From positions 1 through 64,000 of the IMG/VR virus record IMGVR_UViG_3300026518_000006: a stretch of 64,000 bases of DNA, one strand, 5' to 3'. Below the pieces are notes generated by a model. It had not been told where the DNA came from and did not search any database. It was given only the letters and a program-made list of their open reading frames with translations. Position numbers and translations under genes: made by a program. Shown in pieces: positions 44,437 to 52,051 of this stretch (its first letter is position 1; every line of letters starts with the position of its first letter).

Positions 44437-45446
44437 TGAAAGACCTTTTTGATAATTCTACTTTATCAATTAATAAGAAGTATTGGAAAGATTTATCTAA
44501 ATCTGAATTGGAACAATTTAGAGATGAGATTTTTAATTGGTATAGAGTAAAAGGTTTCCCATATTTTGATACATCCAAATCGTTTAGAGACAAAGAGTAT
44601 AAAAAACTTCACAACTATGACTTCAAAAAAACCATCAATAAAGAAGATAAAGTAATCACTCAGACTATGCACGGACTAAGTTTAGCTTGGTCTTATATGC
44701 CACACAGTTGGGATATAAGATGTAATAAACAAAAAACACCTCTTGAAGCTTTTAATGATGATGAAATTTTTATGAAAGTAATTGAAAAGCGTTTGAGATT
44801 TGGGGACAACATCTCTGATAATGGCATTAGAAAAATGCTCAAAATTTTTACAGGTGTCCAGTCAGTTTCTAATTTCAGACCAACAGCTTCAGCTTCTATC
44901 TACTCTCTATTTTGTAATGAAGGGGACACAGTTTGGGATATGTCGTGTGGATTTGGTGGTAGACTATTAGGGGCGGATTTAGCTAAAGTAAAATATATAG
45001 GAACAGAACCATCTACAAAAACATTCAATGGACTTAAAGAGATTATAAGAGATTATAATATAAATGCCACAATACTAAACATAGGTAGTGAAGATTTTAT
45101 TCCTGAAGACGGCACTTTAGATTTTTGTTTTACCTCACCACCTTATTTTGATACAGAAGAGTACAGTAACGAAGATACACAGAGCTATATCAAATATCCC
45201 ACAAAAGAGGAATGGATAAACGGATTTCTTAAGCAGACATTTGAAAATTGCTATAAGGGTTTAAAAGATGGAAAGTTTATGGTAATTAATATAGCCAATG
45301 TCAAGTCCTTTAAGAATATTGAAGAGGAAACCCAAAGAGTTGCTTTAGAAGTTGGTTTTACTTTGGATTGCACTTGGAAATTAGCATTGTCTAAATTGGG
45401 CGGAAAAGACTTCAAGTATGAACCTCTATTTGTTTTTAAGAAATAA
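44436..45446 (+). CDS. DNA methyltransferase (SPPY, N4C/N6A type)
   Basis: WDMSCGFGGRLLG; FTSPPYFDTE. Confidence 0.85.
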   Translation: MKDLFDNSTLSINKKYWKDLSKSELEQFRDEIFNWYRVKGFPYFDTSKSFRDKEYKKLHNYDFKKTINKEDKVITQTMHGLSLAWSYMPHSWDIRCNKQKTPLEAFNDDEIFMKVIEKRLRFGDNISDNGIRKMLKIFTGVQSVSNFRPTASASIYSLFCNEGDTVWDMSCGFGGRLLGADLAKVKYIGTEPSTKTFNGLKEIIRDYNINATILNIGSEDFIPEDGTLDFCFTSPPYFDTEEYSNEDTQSYIKYPTKEEWINGFLKQTFENCYKGLKDGKFMVINIANVKSFKNIEEETQRVALEVGFTLDCTWKLALSKLGGKDFKYEPLFVFKK

Positions 45447-45514
45447 TCTTTAATAGAACCAAAAGCTTTGTTTTGGTATACTATCTTATAAATAAAGAAA
45501 AACAAAGGCATATT

Positions 45515-45829
45515 ATGGAATTTAGAAAAGTTTTTGAAAACTCAGAAATCAAAGTTGGTCAATGGGACGACTCAAACAAAAAGTTGAGAATTTATAGAAA
45601 AGACAAAAATAAGTTCTTTTTGGTTGATGATAGTGATGGCACAAGTGACGAATTAAATGGTCTTATTACTTGGGTAAAAACCCAAAAAGAAGCAGAAAAA
45701 GCCCAAAAACTTGTTAAATACCCAAAAAAGTTTTATGACTATATGAAAAAAGTAGATAAAAAAATATTTGATTATATGTCTATTTCTGAAATAGACGAAT
45801 GGATAGCCTCCCTACAAGGGGAAAGATAA
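45515..45829 (+). CDS. putative internal head protein (MEFRKVFE)
   Basis: TATAAATA at 45487-94; ATG 45515 after RBS. Confidence 0.55.
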   Translation: MEFRKVFENSEIKVGQWDDSNKKLRIYRKDKNKFFLVDDSDGTSDELNGLITWVKTQKEAEKAQKLVKYPKKFYDYMKKVDKKIFDYMSISEIDEWIASLQGER

Positions 45830-45830
45830 T

Positions 45831-46415
45831 ATGACACTTACACAAATCAACGAAAATGCTCAAGAGATAGCAAACACAATCGGCAAACAAATAGGTGGTC
45901 TGAATAAAGTAAAGGCTATGACAGGAGCTAAAGATTTTGTTGCTTTGGGCAACGGATTGGCATTCAAATACCCAAGAGGTAAATATGTGAAAATCACACT
46001 CAATGGGAAAGACTCAATCGGGAAATTTCCTACGAAAATCAAAAAGAAAGACCGTGATATATGGTTGAACTCAGGGGAACACGATGGTGAAACTGAAGAT
46101 GACAAAGTTAATGCTAAATTTGAAACAGTCAAAGCCAAAGATTTAACACCTGTTCAAGCACAAATCTATCTGAGTAAAGCGATTGTGAACTTCGAGAAAT
46201 TTGGTGTTACTGAGGACGGCAATTTCTTAACTCAAAAGACACTTATTGTTGATAGTAACAATATGATTATTGATGGTCATCACAGATGGGCAACAGCAAT
46301 GATTGCAGACCCCAACATCAAGATGAAAGTCCTAAAAGTGGATTTGAAGTTGAGCAAACTTCTAAAGGTCTCTAAGAGCTTTGGGGTTGCTATGGGCAAT
46401 AAGCAGAACAAATAG
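45831..46415 (+). CDS. chimeric protein: truncated small phage domain fused to a ParB/Srx-like domain
   Basis: C-terminal part aligns with 25702..26427 (W...G..DG...DDKV; IIDGHHRW). Confidence 0.7.
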   Translation: MTLTQINENAQEIANTIGKQIGGLNKVKAMTGAKDFVALGNGLAFKYPRGKYVKITLNGKDSIGKFPTKIKKKDRDIWLNSGEHDGETEDDKVNAKFETVKAKDLTPVQAQIYLSKAIVNFEKFGVTEDGNFLTQKTLIVDSNNMIIDGHHRWATAMIADPNIKMKVLKVDLKLSKLLKVSKSFGVAMGNKQNK

Positions 46416-46457
46416 TACGAATGATATAAATACAATAATAAATACAAGGACACAAAA

Positions 46458-46952
46458 ATGACATTGGGCAAACTATTAAATGAAGCTACAAGTGAGGATT
46501 TAACAGAAACCAAATCAAAAAAGCTCTTAGGTGACTTACAAGTAGCTTGGAATAAGTACAAGTTCAACCTTGATACTAAGCCCTCTGAAGCGGTGAAGTG
46601 GCAAGAGAAAGCATATAAGCTTTGGAAACAAGTTCAAAAAATGGATATAAATGCTCGTAATAGTGCAGGTAAGCTTTGGAAAGATGTTATTGATGCTGAT
46701 ATAAGTGTCGGTGGTAGAACTCCTAAGATGGTCAAAATATCTGAGAAGTCAATTAACTACAAAATTGATAAGAAAAATCCAAATACCGCTTACTTTAAAC
46801 ATAAGGGTGAGTCATTTGAGATGGCTAAATACAAGGACGGTAGCATTGGCATTTTCATAGATGTTGCAAACCACAGAACACATTTATTTGATGTTGATGC
46901 CGAGAATTTTGATGAAGCGATAGACCAATTCATATATAGATATAAAGGATAA
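46458..46952 (+). CDS. putative internal head protein (MTLGKLLNE)
   Basis: TATAAATA at 46425-32. Confidence 0.55.
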   Translation: MTLGKLLNEATSEDLTETKSKKLLGDLQVAWNKYKFNLDTKPSEAVKWQEKAYKLWKQVQKMDINARNSAGKLWKDVIDADISVGGRTPKMVKISEKSINYKIDKKNPNTAYFKHKGESFEMAKYKDGSIGIFIDVANHRTHLFDVDAENFDEAIDQFIYRYKG

Positions 46953-46956
46953 TAAA

Positions 46957-47382
46957 ATGACATTAAGTGAAATTTTCAATGAAGCTAGAACAAAAAGTGT
47001 TAGTAAAGCTCTGATTAAAAAAACTCTGCCTACAGGATGGGGGGAAGTTGAAGTAAGACAACACAAAGATAGAGCGGGCAATCTGCTTGGAACAGATTTT
47101 AAAGCATATAAAGATATCGCATATGATGTCTTCGGTTCCGAAGAAGAGATGGCAGATATGCTTGATGGTAATTCAAGATTATCAAAAAGATATAAAGAAA
47201 AATATGGCGTTAGTAACTACGAAGAGTACCTTACTTATATTGCAAAAGAGAGAGCTAAAGAACAAGATGAGCTGTCCAAAACTGTTAAAAAACTACAAAC
47301 TTTAGATGGTGTGACATCTGTAGAGAGCGGTTTGGGTGATAAATCAGCATATATAGTAGTTTTTACAAAACCAAGTAAATAA
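46957..47382 (+). CDS. putative internal head protein (MTLSEIFNE)
   Basis: Capsid-targeting-like N-terminus; late operon. Confidence 0.55.
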   Translation: MTLSEIFNEARTKSVSKALIKKTLPTGWGEVEVRQHKDRAGNLLGTDFKAYKDIAYDVFGSEEEMADMLDGNSRLSKRYKEKYGVSNYEEYLTYIAKERAKEQDELSKTVKKLQTLDGVTSVESGLGDKSAYIVVFTKPSK

Positions 47383-47394
47383 AAAGGAATACAA

Positions 47395-48144
47395 ATGTCA
47401 TTAGGTAAAATTTTAAATGAAAATACAGAGGCAAGAGAAGCTATTTCCTCATTATTCTTGGAAGCGGGTAAATTTTTTGACCCATCAGAGTTTGATAAAG
47501 AATTCGTCAAAATTTTTAAACCTATATATGACAAATATGAGAAAAAAGATTTCTTTGGTCATAAAGCACTCTGCAAGATTTATATAGACAACTATAATAA
47601 TGCGACAATGGAGCAAAAGGCAAAATTGCCTGCACAAGGCATTAATACTGCTGAAGAATTTGCAAAAGCAAAACTTGACTTAGAGAAGATGAAGGCATAT
47701 AGAAATTGGTATGACCTATATAATGCTATTAAGTCTAAAAATATTGATGTTATTCTTTCTAAAGCAGGGTCAAAAAGAAACGAAATTTCAAGAGAGCTTT
47801 TTGGTGTACTAACAGGCATCAAAGGTGTAAAATCTATGAGTGATAAAGCTTTTAGACCTCTTGTTCAAAAGTGGGTCTCCACAAATGAAAATTATATTCC
47901 TGAAAGTATTTTAATAGAGGGTGAAATGTCTGAATAATATGCTGAAACAATCTCAAAAAGATTAGGACTAAGAAGTAAATTTGTTCTTGATTTTATGAAA
48001 AAAAATGATATTGACGGGTATAAACTACTAACTATTATGACAGGTAGAAAGCCTAAAATGCAACCTCTTGATGTAGCAACAGCATTAATGGGAACTCCCA
48101 ACAATACATACTATAAAAAGTTGATGAAGCTTTTAGGAAAATAA
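47395..48144 (+). pseudogene. putative internal head protein (MSLGKILNE) with in-frame TAA at 47935-37
   Basis: Same frame continues 68 sense codons past the TAA to stop at 48144. Confidence 0.6.
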
Positions 48145-48221
48145 AAATTAATCGGCAATTTAAGGTTATTTTAAGAGATAATCAGCTATAATTGCATTAA
48201 TAAAAATATAAAGGACAGCGT

Positions 48222-48348
48222 ATGAAATCTATGAAGATTCAAGACGCATCCACTAAAGAAGATGGTGATTTATAGTCGCTAATCTTGGGTGCGTCTTTAA
48301 ATAAACACAAGACGCACCCACCTCCAAATACAATCCAAAGGTGGGTGT
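48222..48348 (+). promoter_or_regulatory. leader with 17-codon micro-ORF and alternative hairpins, upstream of tRNA-Lys
   Basis: ORF 48222-75 with AAAGGA; repeats AAGACGCA[T/C]CCA x2 and their complement. Confidence 0.45.
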
Positions 48349-48356
48349 TATCAAAA

Positions 48357-48433
48357 GGGTGTGTAGCTCAGTTGGTAGTAGCACTCGACTTTTAATCGAG
48401 GGGTCACAGGCTCAAACCCTGTCACACCCACCA
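48357..48433 (+). tRNA. tRNA-Lys (TTT), atypical T-loop CTCAAAC
   Basis: GGGTGTG/CACACCC; CTCGA-CTTTTAA-TCGAG. Confidence 0.9.
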
Positions 48434-48436
48434 TTT

Positions 48437-48509
48437 GGCATATGTCTTTGGAGAACACCTGAACCTCATAAGTTTAGGAAATAAGGGTCAGAACCTTGAT
48501 ATGCCACCA
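48437..48509 (+). tRNA. non-canonical tRNA-like RNA with CAT anticodon
   Basis: GGCATAT/ATATGCC-ACCA; mini D-arm; 7-bp anticodon stem; T-loop GTCAGAA. Confidence 0.6.
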
Positions 48510-48563
48510 TCCTAACTAAACTCTCATAATATTACTCCACAATTTACACTCATTAAATCACAT

Positions 48564-48592
48564 TTGACTTTTTATTAAGATTATTGTATAAT
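48564..48592 (+). promoter_or_regulatory. sigma70 early promoter (cassette-type)
   Basis: TTGACT-17-TATAAT with AAGATTATTG spacer. Confidence 0.8.
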
Positions 48593-48623
48593 CTTAATAT
48601 AAACAAAAAAAGAGGGGCAAAAA

Positions 48624-48913
48624 ATGGGTCTATATGTAAATCCACCATATGATAAAAGGCAATGGCTTATTGACAACTCAGAAACAAAACCACTAAAACA
48701 GAGCGATTTCTTGCTTGATAGTGTTGCTAATGATGAATTTCTTGTAGTTCTTGTCGATAATGGTCTTTTTAATGCAGGAGGGTAGTGTACTCTGAAAGAG
48801 AGTATGTTGATTTTACATCTCCTTCGGATTCAAGACCGAAAGAGTTTTTTATTGTCAAAAAAGAAAAATTAAAACCATACTGTCAAGAGTGGGAATTATA
48901 TGTGGATGAATAG
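48624..48913 (+). pseudogene. frameshifted conserved phage protein
   Basis: MGLYVNP...LVVLVDNGLFNAGG*; one extra G at 48780-82 continues VVYSERE...DSRPKEFFIV to 48913. Confidence 0.65.
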
Positions 48914-48946
48914 AACCTATTAACCCTATTAAAAACACTTGGGTAT

Positions 48947-49207
48947 TTGCAAATGAAAAAGAAATTGAACTTTAAAAATGGCGACATCTTGTTTGTTGTA
49001 AAAAAAGGATTTGGTGCATATATATGTGCAGTGAAAGGTATATTTCAGTCACTATCTGATACATCTATAACATATAAATGTTCTGTAATATATTCAAAAA
49101 ACAAAAATAATAGTAATGAGGTGATGGTTAATCCTGAAGATATAAAAGCCTATTTAGGTGATGATATTGATGAGGCTGTTGAACAATATGCCGAATATTT
49201 TATATAA
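48947..49207 (+). CDS. small protein with C-terminal tag (YAEYFI)
   Basis: NFKNGDILFV; likely start 48953. Confidence 0.7.
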   Translation: MQMKKKLNFKNGDILFVVKKGFGAYICAVKGIFQSLSDTSITYKCSVIYSKNKNNSNEVMVNPEDIKAYLGDDIDEAVEQYAEYFI

Positions 49208-49226
49208 CCCCTTTCGGGGCTATATA
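49201..49226. terminator. bidirectional terminator hairpin between convergent genes
   Basis: TATATAACCCC-TTTC-GGGGCTATATA (GAAA loop on minus strand). Confidence 0.7.
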
Positions 49227-49230
49227 GTGG

Positions 49231-51252
49231 TTAAGCACCAATAACAGAGCTGAATGAGCGAGTTCCCACATTGTTAAATGTAAGGATAATAAACTCAGTA
49301 GCATAATTAGGTTTAATATAGATATCCACACGAAGTTCATTACGAGCGATTACTTCAGGTGTGTTGTTTGTTTCATCACATACAACCAAGAAATCTTGAA
49401 TACCACGCCCTGCTTTAACACTTGAAAGGTATGGGTTAAACATAGCCAATACAGCATTACGAGTGAACGGGTCATTAAACTCAAATAGTGTGCTACGAGA
49501 AGCTTTAGCCATAGCTCTTTCGATTGTGTTGAAAAGACCTCTAACATTAATTCTATCAAAAGAAGAAGCATAGTTTAGGAGTGTTTTTTGACCCCATACC
49601 AAGTTACCTTCTCCTGGAAATGAAACAATAGGGTTAATGCTGTTTCTATATAACGCATCTCTTTGAGCTAAATTAGGCGAAAACGCAATTTTGTCAATGT
49701 TACGAATTACTCCTCTACGAAGCCCTGCTGAAGCCCACCAAGAGGCGTTATTTGAGTTTGTATTAGAACGAAGTCCTGCCATATCTCCTGCAACATTAAT
49801 CCAACGGAATTTTTTAGCATAGTTGTCATAAATTCTAAAGTAATTGCCAAAGAAAGAACTAAACATTGTGCGAAGTGGAGCATCAGAACTATTCATATAT
49901 TGAAGTAAATTATCTACAGCTACTGCTGATTTTTTACCAACAACATCTTCATATCTTGCCCCAAGGAATGCAATACAGTCAGCACGGGTATTAGCAAGTT
50001 CTCCTGCTCCTACACCATTATCATATTCATTTCCAATAACAACATCAATTTCATATACTTCTTTATCTTCTACTTCAAAATAAGCATCTTTAATATCTCC
50101 AACAGACACAAGTGGTGATTCCCCACCAAAAGTAGAAAGATTTCCAAGACCATCTATTCCTTGAGCGGTTCTATAAATGTATGAGTTTATATATGTCTCA
50201 TAAGTCTTGTTGTCATTAGGGTCTTCATACTCTTCAGTAACCGTAGTTTTTCCAATTGAATCATTTACAGCTACATATACTAGTTTTGAATTATGATTGA
50301 TTAAATTCTCAATATATTTAGATTTGTTATTAGCGTCTACAGCATCTTTATCAAATGAACATATATAGGTTTCTAATGCAGTGCCTTTACGAATAACAAC
50401 ACCGATTTCTTCACCTACAGGTGGGTATTCAAAAAGACTAAGAAGAGAAACACCTTCGAATGCTTGTGCTAAAGAAGCACCTCCATTGGCTCCTGCCTCT
50501 CTAGGAATGTAAGGGTAGAAGTCATAAGGGTTACATATAGCAATATCAATGTCATTTAAAACTTCGCCCGCTGTTTGAGCTGTAAATGTAAGTTTGACAT
50601 CATAATTGAAGTCAAATGTAGCTTCTTTTGTTTCATAATCACTCAGATTTTTAATTAACTGATGATTTTGAGCAAAAGGCGGCACAATTCTATCAAGAGC
50701 ATCTGTGTCTTTATAGTTTCTATAAGCATCAATACTTGCATTTAAGTGACTTTGGAAAATTACTATACTTGTGTCCACAGGGATGTTATCTGTAAGTGGT
50801 TCACCCAAATAAACCAAATATTCATCTGTAGTCTGATTAAACTCAAGGTTTGTTACACTATAAGTATTGGCATCGAAACCAACAAAACCAATTTTTAACC
50901 CTTTGTGAATGCCGTCAATACTTTGAAGTTTGATTAGTGTGGTTCCACTTGAGTATGTCTCATATGTTTTGTGTTTTGAAATCAGTGGATTTCCCTCTGT
51001 GAAAGCACGAGAAACTACAAGTTGATTACTGTAGTCGAAGAACTTATAGCACTGAAACCATTCGTTATAATTTTTGTTTGTTGGTTGTCCAAAGTAAAAT
51101 TCCAATTCATCTTTATTTGTGATAATAAAAGGTTGCTCAATAGGACCTTTTGTAAAATTACCCGCAAAGAAAGCCACAGAATTTGAAACAGTTGGTACAA
51201 TTGCTGAATTGTCTACCTCTTTTACATAGACACCTGCTGATAAATAAGCCAT
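49231..51252 (-). CDS. tail sheath protein (T4 gp18-like)
   Basis: SAGVYVKEVD; WWASAG..RG; NPIVSFPGEG..VWGQKTL; DRINVRGLF. Confidence 0.95.
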   Translation of the reverse strand: MAYLSAGVYVKEVDNSAIVPTVSNSVAFFAGNFTKGPIEQPFIITNKDELEFYFGQPTNKNYNEWFQCYKFFDYSNQLVVSRAFTEGNPLISKHKTYETYSSGTTLIKLQSIDGIHKGLKIGFVGFDANTYSVTNLEFNQTTDEYLVYLGEPLTDNIPVDTSIVIFQSHLNASIDAYRNYKDTDALDRIVPPFAQNHQLIKNLSDYETKEATFDFNYDVKLTFTAQTAGEVLNDIDIAICNPYDFYPYIPREAGANGGASLAQAFEGVSLLSLFEYPPVGEEIGVVIRKGTALETYICSFDKDAVDANNKSKYIENLINHNSKLVYVAVNDSIGKTTVTEEYEDPNDNKTYETYINSYIYRTAQGIDGLGNLSTFGGESPLVSVGDIKDAYFEVEDKEVYEIDVVIGNEYDNGVGAGELANTRADCIAFLGARYEDVVGKKSAVAVDNLLQYMNSSDAPLRTMFSSFFGNYFRIYDNYAKKFRWINVAGDMAGLRSNTNSNNASWWASAGLRRGVIRNIDKIAFSPNLAQRDALYRNSINPIVSFPGEGNLVWGQKTLLNYASSFDRINVRGLFNTIERAMAKASRSTLFEFNDPFTRNAVLAMFNPYLSSVKAGRGIQDFLVVCDETNNTPEVIARNELRVDIYIKPNYATEFIILTFNNVGTRSFSSVIGA

Positions 51253-51374
51253 TTTAATTTCCTTGTTTTTGTAATCAATAGTGAAAGTGTAATTTTCCGT
51301 ACCTTTTCTTTGGTCACAAGCTCTTCACTCATAACAGCACTTCAAAGCCTTGCACTATTCATCTATTGTTAAAC

Positions 51375-51382
51375 TATTTATA
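51375..51382 (-). promoter_or_regulatory. T4-type late promoter for the sheath gene
   Basis: TATAAATA on minus strand. Confidence 0.65.
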
Positions 51383-51400
51383 AAGATTGTATTTTGGAGA

Positions 51401-51422
51401 AAGGGCTTCAAAAGCCCTTTTA
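51401..51422. terminator. hairpin terminator after tail tube gene
   Basis: AAAGGGCTT-CA-AAAGCCCTTT. Confidence 0.6.
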
Positions 51423-51439
51423 AAAAGGAGCATCAGGGT

Positions 51440-52015
51440 TTAGAGAGCATTATCGTTTTTTGTTGCTTTAGGTATAGTATAGTCTGAAAATTCTTTTGTA
51501 CCTGTTACCCAATCACTATACGCAAATACAACATTAAACTCAGCAGGTGTATCAGCACTATCATCACCATATGAAATATCACCTATTGTTTGAGGGAAAC
51601 AGTTGTGCATAGTATATTGCGCTGTTACATTTCCCGCACTATCGAGCTGTTCTACTCTTAGGTCTGTAAAAATGGCTCTTGGGTTTCCTGAGTGTTTGTT
51701 CTTTTGAAAGTTATCACAAGCATCTGCCCATTTAATCAAATCATATCTAAGACTATGGTCTTCTGTAAGGTAAAAATCTACAGACCAAGCATTGTCAAAA
51801 GATGTATCTCCAGGAATTATAAGCTTGCGCCCTTGATTCCATAACTCTATTTGACCGATTTCCTTTTGTGGTGCCACAGCGGTTTTAGCCAATACATCCA
51901 CATCACCCAATGAAGTATTCCCTGCTACTGATGGTGGGAATGAGAATGTTACACGATATTTATTTGCACGAGCTGTAGCCCCCAATACTGATGAAAGTTC
52001 TCTAATAGTTGACAT
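51440..52015 (-). CDS. tail tube protein (T4 gp19-like)
   Basis: ARANKYRV; GRKL.IPGD..F..WSVDF; FP..IGDISY; TATAAATA at 52042-49. Confidence 0.9.
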   Translation of the reverse strand: MSTIRELSSVLGATARANKYRVTFSFPPSVAGNTSLGDVDVLAKTAVAPQKEIGQIELWNQGRKLIIPGDTSFDNAWSVDFYLTEDHSLRYDLIKWADACDNFQKNKHSGNPRAIFTDLRVEQLDSAGNVTAQYTMHNCFPQTIGDISYGDDSADTPAEFNVVFAYSDWVTGTKEFSDYTIPKATKNDNAL

Positions 52016-52051
52016 TATTGTTTCCTTTTAATTTATTATCTTATTTATATA

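Noticed and set aside
19916-48144. Genome-wide stop-codon reassignment
   Set aside because: Only two isolated in-frame stops of different types (TGA, TAA); genes end in all three stops; core genes are intact under code 11; no suppressor tRNA.
1-49207. Tag-coding DNA as an integron attC-like recombination site
   Set aside because: Third positions and stop codons vary synonymously, there is no attC hairpin, and no integrase is in the window.
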